Below, one piece after another: positions 1-8,065 of a stretch of 24,266 nt of DNA. The stretch's first letter is position 1. Each line of letters opens with the position of its first letter. Source of the stretch: a virus (lineage: Duplodnaviria; Caudoviricetes); the IMG/VR virus record IMGVR_UViG_3300017912_000320, positions 1-24,266 of that record. One strand, written 5' to 3'. The notes under the pieces are model-generated. The model was given only the letters and a program-made list of their open reading frames with translations, made no database searches and was not told the DNA's origin. The translations under genes were made by a program, and so were the position numbers.

Positions 1-9
1 GAGGTAGAC

Positions 10-222
10 ATGTTCTATGCAAGTTTGATTGGCTGTCACTTGATGATGAAGAACGCCTGTTTTGAAATGAAAGATGACAGGGGTCCTTATGAAACTGAAA
101 AGCAATGTGAAGAACGTATCGATGAAATGCTGGCAGACACAATAAAAATGTGGCTTCAATTTAAATCACCGATAGCGGTAACAGGATGGAAGTGTGAGAA
201 AAAAGATGGCGTCTCAACCTGA
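10..222 (+). CDS. Small hypothetical phage protein (70 aa)
   Basis: ORF track; GAGGT Shine-Dalgarno at 1-5 upstream of ATG at 10; overlaps the next ORF as expected in an operon. No function recognised. Confidence 0.7.
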   Translation: MFYASLIGCHLMMKNACFEMKDDRGPYETEKQCEERIDEMLADTIKMWLQFKSPIAVTGWKCEKKDGVST

Positions 223-373
223 GTGCTGGTCATGTGGACATCAGCTAATATGGGGCGGTGATCATGATAGTGAAGATGCAGATGGCAAAGAATATATTGA
301 ATCAAACCTGCACTGCCCCAACTGTGATGCCTTTTATCTGTACTTTCAGCCCCTAGAAGGACCAGATCAGTGA
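206..373 (+). CDS. Small zinc-ribbon-like protein (55 aa), not in ORF track
   Basis: Hand translation: MASQPECWSCGHQLIWGGDHDSEDADGKEYIESNLHCPNCDAFYLYFQPLEGPDQ*. Two CxxC pairs; fills the gap between 10..222 and 370..564; its TGA overlaps the next GTG start (GTGA at 370-373). Confidence 0.8.
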   Translation: MASQPECWSCGHQLIWGGDHDSEDADGKEYIESNLHCPNCDAFYLYFQPLEGPDQ

Positions 374-564
374 CAACACAAACGTGGTATTATCAAAAGT
401 GCTGGCGAGATGGCGGCGCACCCTTCTGGGATACCTATGTTCATGCAGAATGTAGGGTGATTAGGCAACAAGAAAGAAAAAAACGTGATTCTCAGCGACC
501 TGAAGGTACTATGACACAGCTATCGTTCATGAACGCCCTGAGAATCGATGTTAAAAATCAATAA
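370..564 (+). CDS. Small hypothetical protein (64 aa)
   Basis: ORF track; GTG start coupled to the upstream TGA. Its 3' end overlaps the tail of the minus-strand ArfA-like ORF. Confidence 0.5.
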   Translation: MTTQTWYYQKCWRDGGAPFWDTYVHAECRVIRQQERKKRDSQRPEGTMTQLSFMNALRIDVKNQ

Positions 565-696
565 AAACAACCACATAAAAAAAGAAAGGGTTCTGCCCTT
601 CCTTCTGTAAGACCCCTTACCTTTGCGGGGTTTGACTATTTTTAGCCTGAATCGTCGTAGTTTCAGGCTTCTTGCGACTGGGTTTTTGGTTCGCAT
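520..696 (-). CDS. arfA: ArfA-like alternative ribosome rescue factor (58 aa full length), not in ORF track
   Basis: Hand translation: MRTKNPVARSLKLRRFRLKIVKPRKGKGSYRRKGRTLSFFMWLFLLIFNIDSQGVHER*. AGGAG Shine-Dalgarno 7 nt upstream of ATG. Contains N-x5-L-x4-FR-x7-KGKGSYxRKG, which aligns without gaps to E. coli ArfA residues 14-43 as recalled from memory; basic core and hydrophobic tail. Confidence 0.75.
   Translation of the reverse strand: MRTKNPVARSLKLRRFRLKIVKPRKGKGSYRRKGRTLSFFMWLFLLIFNIDSQGVHER
577..606 (-). terminator. Rho-independent terminator ending the late operon, inside the ArfA-like ORF
   Basis: Minus strand reads AGAA-GGAAGGG-CAGAA-CCCTTTC-TTTTTTT: 7-bp stem with one G-U pair, 5-nt loop, U7 tract. 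Lies where the two transcription directions converge. Confidence 0.7.
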
Positions 697-830
697 GCTA
701 CTTCTCCTTGACAGCAGTCATCAACTATCTGACCACATGTAACACATTGTTCGTGTCCGTGTACATAAGCTGTCTTCAGATTCCCCTGACACCGTGGGCA
801 GCGAGGTGAGCAGTGTTCCTTACTCTCCAT
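663..830 (-). CDS. Small Cys-rich protein (55 aa), not in ORF track
   Basis: Hand translation: MESKEHCSPRCPRCQGNLKTAYVHGHEQCVTCGQIVDDCCQGEVACEPKTQSQEA*. 8 Cys including two CxxC, HGH and CC; start overlaps the lysozyme 3' end, end overlaps the ArfA-like start. Confidence 0.75.
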   Translation of the reverse strand: MESKEHCSPRCPRCQGNLKTAYVHGHEQCVTCGQIVDDCCQGEVACEPKTQSQEA

Positions 831-1281
831 CTGCCAGTGCCCTCATGCGTGTTACCAAACGACGTGCGCGGTTCGGCACCTGCGTATACCACTTCGAGTC
901 GACCATCTGATCGGCTGCTTCATTGAAGTTTCGTGCGTCTACCCCTGCCTTCATTCCGACAAACTTTGACAGGCGGGGATACCCCAGGTTGAACATCATG
1001 TTTGCAATAATAAGCTGACATTCTTCTGGTAGGTCATTCCAGTCTGGGTACAGACGGTGACAGTCCTCAAGTGTAACAGCGATGTCCAACTTGAACACGT
1101 TGTCCACACGTTCCTGTTCAATGACTGTGCCTACTGGTAGGCCGTACTCAGGGTCGTCTTTTTTAATGAGGTGACCAATTCCAAAAGTTGGTAAATTTAG
1201 GTGGTCCAAATATATTTCGTACTTGCAGCCCTCGTCGGAGGCAAGCTCCTGACGTAGCTGGTCTATGGTTGTAGATTTCAT
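820..1281 (-). CDS. T4-type lysozyme / endolysin (GH24 muramidase)
   Basis: DEGCKYEIYLDHLNLPTFGIGHL has the T4 lysozyme E-x8-D-x5-T catalytic spacing and GIGH; NMMFNLG and SKWYTQVPNRARR match the T4 lysozyme C-terminal motifs. ATGA overlap with the upstream gene. Confidence 0.93.
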   Translation of the reverse strand: MKSTTIDQLRQELASDEGCKYEIYLDHLNLPTFGIGHLIKKDDPEYGLPVGTVIEQERVDNVFKLDIAVTLEDCHRLYPDWNDLPEECQLIIANMMFNLGYPRLSKFVGMKAGVDARNFNEAADQMVDSKWYTQVPNRARRLVTRMRALADGE

Positions 1282-4200
1282 TGTTGTGTCCTCTGGAAAA
1301 TCTGTAAGTTTTTCAGCGCATCGATTGGATTGCCGCCGGAAAGTAATGGAAGTATACCACCACTGCTTTGTGGTTGTGAAGTAGGTGCGGGAGCCGCCGT
1401 TGTTTGGGCAGGAGCGGCCCCCGCTTGCGCTACCGCCGGAGGAGTTGCGGTTGCTGCAACTGGTTGTTGGTCAGGCTCATCAAGAACCAAGGGCCGAGAT
1501 TCTTGAACCTGTGGCTCTGATTCTGGCTGTGCGCCTAGTTTAAGTTTACGAAACTCTTGTCTAATACGATTAAGTTCAGGAATGGGTAAGCGGTTGTCGT
1601 TGTCCCGAACTTTTTTCTTAATTTCTTTTGATGGTTTAAATGGAGCAAAGTCACCGCGCATTAGTTCAGAAACATTTGCAACTCTGTTTTTCTTTAATGT
1701 TCTACGAATTTCTGCGTCTGAGACACCTAACTTACGCATGTTCTCGATGACGTAAAACATTTCATTCATAACTCTGAACCGCGCCTCGTTTGCGGCCCTA
1801 AATGTGTCAATAGCATTCTGAGGGTCAAGCTGACTGCGAGTACTTACAGCGGTGTTAAATATCTGAGACGTGCTTTGCAATGCACGACCGTATTCATATC
1901 CACGATACATCATGATGTTTTCAGGCTTGACTTCATTTTCGGTAATGCCTGTAAATGCTCTGAAGACTTCTTGAGCAACTCGACGTTCGTTGCCATTTGG
2001 GTCTGTGGTGTCAGACATCAGTGACCGAGCAAAGCGACCGGGTTCCATTCCTGGCTCCTGAGTTTCTTTCCTCATACCTTTTAATGTAACGGGCACAGCC
2101 CCCGGAACGAAAGAATCAGCAATATGGAAGAAGCTTTTCATTGCTTTATCACCGACTGTGTCTTCTTGACGGTATACTTTAGCACCAGTTTGTGTTCTAC
2201 CGTTACGAAGTGTGGTGTCTACAATTCGTTCTGTAACAATTGATTCGCTGGCAAACGGGTCAAATATTTCTTTTACAGCACCTAGTATTGCATCAGAAGC
2301 AATCTTGCCAGTGTCGCTGCCCATGTCTTCACCACGATTCACCGCGTTTAACACTGCAAGAAATGGCCGCTGAAGATAATCATACGGATTTGTATAACTG
2401 TAGTCGATATATCCTGTGACTTTGCCATCTTTTACAGAAGTAGGAATCAAGCGACTGTTCTTTTGCCAAGGAGCCGCTGTCTCTCGAACCGCTTCCATTT
2501 GTTCTTCGATGTTGTCTATACCTGTCAAGTCCATCGCCATCTTTTGTATGGTGGCAGGAGCGACAAACATTGTCATTGAAGCACCCATCAGTCTGCGCAT
2601 GCCGACCTCATTTATTCCTTTGACTGCGGCAGCAGCTTTATCCGCGTCACCACCAAATCTAGCAATCATTTTGTCATCAACTTTGACTGCTAGTTCATCA
2701 AGAGCCTGTTTGAGTGTGTTGGCACTGGTGCGGATAATTTCAGCAGGGAAGGCGATGAAGTTACCAACAGGAAGTTTACGCAGGCTTTTAATAATTTCTG
2801 GCACACGCTCATAGTTAGGCACAGTGTTCTTTACTATATCCGCCGCGTATTCATCTGAGCTTTTTCCAAAGACAGCCCTAACTTGGTCTTCTGTGCCCAA
2901 GGCTTTTAAAATTTTGTTTTTCTCAAATTCAAAATTGTAAACCTTCCAAACGTCATCACCACCCTGATAGAAATCACGAGCCTTTGTGTTTACACCTGAA
3001 AGAAAGCTGCCCATCTTTCCTCTGCGAAAAGTATCCGCAAAGCTTCCAGAAGTAGGAAGACCAAGTTGATCTACTTGAGCGGTTCTTGTACCGCCAAGGC
3101 CCTCTGATATCAAACGGTCAATTTCTCTAATTTGAGACTGTGTACCAACAACACCGAGTCTTTGCATCTTTTGAAAATACTCTGCTTTGTCTGGACGTTT
3201 GGTTATGTTGTTCCAAACAAGACTAACGCTATCAAACAAGTTTGCACCTGCGCCAACATTGCCCTGCATTGTTGCAAACAGACCAGCAGATGTTACGTTG
3301 CGGACCTGTGTGATCGGAGAGTAGATAGTTTTACTGGCTTGAGAGGCACCCTTGGCTCTAAGAAACCCGGAATACAAAGCACGAGACAAATTACCCATAG
3401 TTCCAGCATCACCAAAAACTCTGGTGGTAATGTCTTTGTACACTCTATTGTTTGCATACAAGCCTTCTAAAGAACCATATCCAGACTTACCTTCAAGCTT
3501 AGTGTAGTTTCTTTTTTGAGCCTCCGTAAGACTATTAAAACCATCTGCACTTAAAAACAGACCGCGTTCTCCATCAACTAAATTTGTTGTTATGTATTTA
3601 TTAAAATCATCAACCGCCCTAAACTCTGCCATGTCAGCAATTGTTCCAATGAATGCTTCCTGTGGGTCTTTTATCTCGCCTAGTAGCCGACGAAGTTGAT
3701 CTGGCACAGCTTGTCTTGTAGCAAACATTCCTGTTTTAATTTTATTCTTTGCAATCCTGTCTGGCTTTTGACCGCTTTTAGGTAAAAATCTGTTTGCGTT
3801 AGAATAATTATCTATGTACGCCTGTGTCAGCCTTTCAGCAAACTCAGGCTTTGTTCTAATGCCTGTTGCATATTCTAAAATGTCACCTTCTAATCTTTGC
3901 ACTCCAAGTTCATCAGCAATTTTTTCAGCAATCTTACCATTCTGTTGAAAGAACTTAACCGTCTTTGCTCTTTCAGCAATAAACTCATCTGAACCTATAA
4001 AATTTTTATCTTCAAATATTTTGTAACGACGACGTAGGTATGAACCAATGTTTTCTTGGATAGCTAGAATAGCCTCATCTCCTGCACCTTTAGTTAAATA
4101 ATCAGAGTTAATAATGTCTGAAGATAACTTGTCTACCTGTCGGCGCATTTTTTTAGCAGGTCGGCGCATGAGTTCTGGAAGTGCGGTTAGTTCTGTTTCA

Positions 4201-5186
4201 CCTGTTAAGTAACCATACAACCTGTTGTTCAATTCGCTTCTGGCAAGAGGAGACCCGTCAGCCATAACTTCTTCAGAGTCTTTTAAAATCTTGTCCATAC
4301 CTTTTTCAAGTTCACGAAGAGTTGTGGCAGCTTGATTTATATCTGCCTCAACCTTACCGTTTATCTTTGCAGACTCTTCAAACATTTCTTGTGTCATATT
4401 CCCGCGTGAACGGAACACAGATAAGAAAGAGTTTACCCCGTTACCAACAAGGGTGTCCTCTTGAGCCAAGTCTGCTATAGGCTTTCCAATGGCTTTTCCT
4501 GTGCTAATAACTGTTCGAGCCACAGGAGAAACAATAGGTGTAGCTGCCTTAACAGCCACCTTACCGCCAAGACCAACAGCTTTTAGCGCAGGTTCAACAG
4601 CGGCAGCAGCACCAGTTGCTTCGATGCCAATCTTTAGTTTGTTTGCGATACGGGCAGCGGCAAGTTCTCTGCCTTCAAGACCAATGGTGTCTATTGTTTT
4701 TGTTGGTCCTGCATCAAAAAAATCACCGATAGTAGTAACACCATCTGTAGCAACAACAGCATCAGTGACACCTGCGGCACCGATTTGCGCTGCTTTTTGA
4801 GCAAGTTTAGGTAGGTTTTTTACACGGCTAAGTTTACTCACCGCGCTTGCAGCACCAAGACCCGGCACAACAAACTGTGAAACAACTTCTGCAATCTCAC
4901 CTGCGGCACCTTCTGGGTCGATGCCAGCAGCTTCGCGGATACCATCGAAAGCTTCTGTTACATCACGCGAGTAACTTGTGTCAAAAGCAAGGTCGATGCC
5001 AGCAGCACCGAGTTCCGCGATCCCCTGTGGAATGGCAAGCAAGCCAGATGCAATACCTTCAGCAATTTCCTGTGTCGTTGACTCTTGAGTCTCGGACGTA
5101 GGCTCTTCATCAAGTTTAAGAACACCAGCAGAAGGCTCGTCAAGTTTAAGAACACCAGCAGAAGGCTCGTCAAGTTTAAGAACCAT
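1278..5186 (-). CDS. Large internal virion / DNA ejection protein (1302 aa)
   Basis: Long, helical-looking ORF with a Gly/Ala-rich N-terminal region; last and largest of the genes after the nozzle, the usual position of the large podovirus ejection protein. No catalytic motif recognised. Confidence 0.65.
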   Translation of the reverse strand: MVLKLDEPSAGVLKLDEPSAGVLKLDEEPTSETQESTTQEIAEGIASGLLAIPQGIAELGAAGIDLAFDTSYSRDVTEAFDGIREAAGIDPEGAAGEIAEVVSQFVVPGLGAASAVSKLSRVKNLPKLAQKAAQIGAAGVTDAVVATDGVTTIGDFFDAGPTKTIDTIGLEGRELAAARIANKLKIGIEATGAAAAVEPALKAVGLGGKVAVKAATPIVSPVARTVISTGKAIGKPIADLAQEDTLVGNGVNSFLSVFRSRGNMTQEMFEESAKINGKVEADINQAATTLRELEKGMDKILKDSEEVMADGSPLARSELNNRLYGYLTGETELTALPELMRRPAKKMRRQVDKLSSDIINSDYLTKGAGDEAILAIQENIGSYLRRRYKIFEDKNFIGSDEFIAERAKTVKFFQQNGKIAEKIADELGVQRLEGDILEYATGIRTKPEFAERLTQAYIDNYSNANRFLPKSGQKPDRIAKNKIKTGMFATRQAVPDQLRRLLGEIKDPQEAFIGTIADMAEFRAVDDFNKYITTNLVDGERGLFLSADGFNSLTEAQKRNYTKLEGKSGYGSLEGLYANNRVYKDITTRVFGDAGTMGNLSRALYSGFLRAKGASQASKTIYSPITQVRNVTSAGLFATMQGNVGAGANLFDSVSLVWNNITKRPDKAEYFQKMQRLGVVGTQSQIREIDRLISEGLGGTRTAQVDQLGLPTSGSFADTFRRGKMGSFLSGVNTKARDFYQGGDDVWKVYNFEFEKNKILKALGTEDQVRAVFGKSSDEYAADIVKNTVPNYERVPEIIKSLRKLPVGNFIAFPAEIIRTSANTLKQALDELAVKVDDKMIARFGGDADKAAAAVKGINEVGMRRLMGASMTMFVAPATIQKMAMDLTGIDNIEEQMEAVRETAAPWQKNSRLIPTSVKDGKVTGYIDYSYTNPYDYLQRPFLAVLNAVNRGEDMGSDTGKIASDAILGAVKEIFDPFASESIVTERIVDTTLRNGRTQTGAKVYRQEDTVGDKAMKSFFHIADSFVPGAVPVTLKGMRKETQEPGMEPGRFARSLMSDTTDPNGNERRVAQEVFRAFTGITENEVKPENIMMYRGYEYGRALQSTSQIFNTAVSTRSQLDPQNAIDTFRAANEARFRVMNEMFYVIENMRKLGVSDAEIRRTLKKNRVANVSELMRGDFAPFKPSKEIKKKVRDNDNRLPIPELNRIRQEFRKLKLGAQPESEPQVQESRPLVLDEPDQQPVAATATPPAVAQAGAAPAQTTAAPAPTSQPQSSGGILPLLSGGNPIDALKNLQIFQRTQQ
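5110..5183. repeat. Perfect 30-bp tandem repeat (about 2.5 copies) encoding VLKLDEPSAG
   Basis: tcaagtttaagaacaccagcagaaggctcg twice, followed by tcaagtttaagaac; in frame at the N-terminus of the 1302-aa ORF. Confidence 0.97.
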
Positions 5187-5195
5187 GATACCCCC

Positions 5196-7244
5196 TTACT
5201 TAGGAACTAGGTTCCCGCCTTGTTTAACATAAGTAACACCACCTAATTCTGCTTCTTGACCATCAGGTAAGTTTTTTAATTTGGCTTGCTGGCCTGCGGT
5301 TAAAGTGCTTATGGCGAGGGGCTGTGCAGGAGTATCCCCCCTTTCGCCTGTAATTCTTTGGTACTGAGCGGCGAAGTAGTTTTCAAAATCTTTACCACTT
5401 GGATTTTCTATCCCCTGCTTTTCAAGGTCATCTCTAGCTTGATCCATAGCCGACTCTTTATTCATTGAGTCTAACACATAGCGCGACTGTTCAGGAGCTA
5501 GTGGCCCTGTTTTAGTTGTTGACCGCACAAGGTTTCTAGAAATTTCTTCTACTCTACTTTCAAACTGCTTCATTACATCATCGTCTGATAAATCCAAACC
5601 TTTTTGCGCAAACTCAAATGCTGCGGCCTGATGTGCGTCCGGCAGAGCAGTAAGCTGTGTTCTTAACAAAGCAGCTTCGTTGTTTGCCCTGTCTCTTTCA
5701 GCCGCATTTGTCTGCTGGTTGTTTGCTATTTTTATCTGACTGTTGAGCTTTAACACTAAGTTAGATCTAGCGGCAGCAATCTGCGCGTCCAGTTTATCTA
5801 TCGCAAAACCTTCTGCTCGTAGTGTTTTACGCCAGTCATACGCTTGTGTTCTATCAAGTTTTTGTAACTCTCTTTCCCATTGCTTCTCTTGTTTGTCATC
5901 GGCAATCGCGTCTTGTATGCCCAGCAATTTAATTTTTTCTTTACGCGCACGTTTCCGCTCTTTTGTTTCTGACATCTTATCAACAGTTGGTTTCAAAGCA
6001 GCGGTTATGTTTTCAAGAGCGTTGTCACTTCGACCAGAGGCAATCGCAACGCCAAAGTCCACCAAGAAATTATTGATGGTATAGTTGTCTTCTGGTGACT
6101 CACCCAGTAGTTCCTCATACAACTCTATGTTTGCTTTTGCTCTATCTTTTACAGACAGTTTTTTCTCTGGGTCTTTTTTGTTTGTAAGTTCTAGTAAAGC
6201 ATCATTCTTTGTGGTGTCGTCTGCGTCAGAGTTTAGAATGTCCTGTGTGCCTTTTTTAATTGCAGCCTTTGACGTATCTGGATCTAAGTCTGCTGCGTCG
6301 TCTAGTACAATGGGATCCAACAATGCTACAGTAGCAGCACTTGTTCCTTTTGTTTTTGTCTGAGTGTCCGCCCCAGAGACCGCTGTCTCAGATACTTCTT
6401 CTGCAACAGTTTTAGTGGGTGCGTTACCTAAACCTACGAAGCCACTGTCCGCGTCACCCTCTTCACCAAAGTCATAGTCGGTGCGAACAGATTTGCCATC
6501 AGGACCTATGTTTCCAAACTCATCGTCCTCTGGAAGTAATAAATCTGTAGCAGGTAAGGCTGTCCCCGGAACTGATGCGGCACCCGTTGGTAGGCCCATA
6601 CCCTCTGTCTCATCATAGGTCAGATATCCAAGCTTGCGATCGATTGGGTCTGTAATCTGTCTAAGATCACTTCCCATCTTTTTTATGCCTTTTTTAAGTA
6701 AAGCCGTGATTCCTTCGCCTGGTTCAGAAATTGGTGTGGCAATTTCACCAGTTCCACGAACAAAATCTAAAACAGACGAAAGTCTGTTAGCGTCATTTCT
6801 TGCGGCTGTTTTTATTGAGTCAACAAACTTTCTGTTTTCACCCGCAGCAACATCTAATATTCCCTGACCAAGTTCGCCAGCGTCTGTTAATGCATCTGAA
6901 ACCGCTTCTCTAGGCGCACGAGCAAGCTGCTGTCCACTGGTAGCCAGAAAATCTGCTGTTGGAGACCCAGCCTCTTTAGTTGTTACTGAACCAAGAGCTT
7001 GAGAGGCAGCTAACCTTACCTGCTTTGGATAGGACGGAGCGGTCAGTGCTTGAAGTGCTTGAACATCACCGCGCTGTACAAGTTCGGGAATTAAGTTCAA
7101 TTCATAACTACCAATCTGTGCACCGCCAACTCTTTTTTGTACGGTGCGAACCATCTCAGGCGAAGATGCGAGGATCCCGGCTGGAGCACGAGAGTCCGCC
7201 AGTACGGTGCGAAACATTTTACGACGTAGAACTTCGTTGTTCAT
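5196..7244 (-). CDS. Putative internal virion / ejection protein (682 aa)
   Basis: Position between the pilot-like proteins and the large internal protein; acidic low-complexity middle and coiled-coil-like C-terminal half. Confidence 0.55.
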   Translation of the reverse strand: MNNEVLRRKMFRTVLADSRAPAGILASSPEMVRTVQKRVGGAQIGSYELNLIPELVQRGDVQALQALTAPSYPKQVRLAASQALGSVTTKEAGSPTADFLATSGQQLARAPREAVSDALTDAGELGQGILDVAAGENRKFVDSIKTAARNDANRLSSVLDFVRGTGEIATPISEPGEGITALLKKGIKKMGSDLRQITDPIDRKLGYLTYDETEGMGLPTGAASVPGTALPATDLLLPEDDEFGNIGPDGKSVRTDYDFGEEGDADSGFVGLGNAPTKTVAEEVSETAVSGADTQTKTKGTSAATVALLDPIVLDDAADLDPDTSKAAIKKGTQDILNSDADDTTKNDALLELTNKKDPEKKLSVKDRAKANIELYEELLGESPEDNYTINNFLVDFGVAIASGRSDNALENITAALKPTVDKMSETKERKRARKEKIKLLGIQDAIADDKQEKQWERELQKLDRTQAYDWRKTLRAEGFAIDKLDAQIAAARSNLVLKLNSQIKIANNQQTNAAERDRANNEAALLRTQLTALPDAHQAAAFEFAQKGLDLSDDDVMKQFESRVEEISRNLVRSTTKTGPLAPEQSRYVLDSMNKESAMDQARDDLEKQGIENPSGKDFENYFAAQYQRITGERGDTPAQPLAISTLTAGQQAKLKNLPDGQEAELGGVTYVKQGGNLVPK

Positions 7245-8065
7245 TAGGAACCCCCAAAGTTAAGCAGATTTCCAAAGCCACCAACCTGACCAGCAGCACC
7301 AAGACCCGCGATACCGAGTCCGAGAAGTTGTGAGCCAAGGCTTGGACTCGGAGCCGAAGTTGTTTGCATAGTTGACTGCAACGCTGGTACACCACGGAAG
7401 ATATCTGATAAGAATCCAATTTCCTGAAACGGCAGGGCCTGTCGTGCCAGTTCATTGGCTCTGGCAACATCAAAGCCAGCCTGTTGCTGACGCTGTTGTA
7501 GACTACCAATTCCCAAAAGCTGATTGACATCCTGTATTCCCATTTGCTGCTGTGCCTGACCAAGTCCGGCCTGTAAACGGGCAGCGTTTTGTGCGGCCTG
7601 TTGTGCCTGTTGAAAGCCAGCCTGTCTTATTTGACCAGCGGAACGTGCCTGCTGCTCCAGTGTTTTACCAGCTAACCCTGCCTGTGCGACACCAAATCGA
7701 GAACCTCCAAAAGCACCAGAAGCTACGCCCTGCCCTGCAAGTTGCCGCTGCGCCTTTGCACCTTCACGAGCAATGTCCTTCATTGTCTGTTGGACAACTT
7801 GATCTTCGTATGGGTTCATAAACTGTTGCGCACCGCCGGGACCTGCCAACTGAGCCGCCCGGTCAAGGTACGGCTGATACCCACCAATACCTGCATCTGC
7901 TAATGCTATTGCTCGGTTCTGCGCATCTGATAATTCAGCTAGTTGCTGCGGCGAGTACGGTTGTTGTGTACCACGAAGAGCCTCTGCCTGCGCAAAAATG
8001 TCTTTTAGAAACTGTTCCTGAAAGGGAGCAAGTCTTGTTATCTGTTCTACTGTTTGTTTTGACAT
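7244..8065 (-). CDS. Putative DNA transfer / pilot ejection protein (273 aa, Gln/Ala/Gly-rich)
   Basis: Gln-rich helical composition, GAFGGSRFGV segment and a hydrophobic glycine-zipper C-terminus (LLGLGIAGLGAAG); start/stop overlaps on both sides. Confidence 0.6.
   Translation of the reverse strand: MSKQTVEQITRLAPFQEQFLKDIFAQAEALRGTQQPYSPQQLAELSDAQNRAIALADAGIGGYQPYLDRAAQLAGPGGAQQFMNPYEDQVVQQTMKDIAREGAKAQRQLAGQGVASGAFGGSRFGVAQAGLAGKTLEQQARSAGQIRQAGFQQAQQAAQNAARLQAGLGQAQQQMGIQDVNQLLGIGSLQQRQQQAGFDVARANELARQALPFQEIGFLSDIFRGVPALQSTMQTTSAPSPSLGSQLLGLGIAGLGAAGQVGGFGNLLNFGGS

Noticed and set aside
584-610. The 577-606 hairpin as a plus-strand terminator
   Set aside because: On the plus strand the G-U pair becomes an A-C mismatch and only TTCT follows, so bidirectional function is not supported.
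611-633. Second possible hairpin (gacccc...ggggtt) in the ArfA-like ORF
   Set aside because: Short stem with a 10-nt loop and no U tract on the minus strand; too weak to call a terminator or an RNase III site by eye.
5110-5183. 30-bp repeat as a CRISPR array
   Set aside because: Units are directly adjacent with no spacers, are in frame within a CDS, and no cas genes are present.
1278-5186. Lytic transglycosylase or virion RNA polymerase domain in the 1302-aa protein
   Set aside because: I could not find the catalytic motifs of either family.
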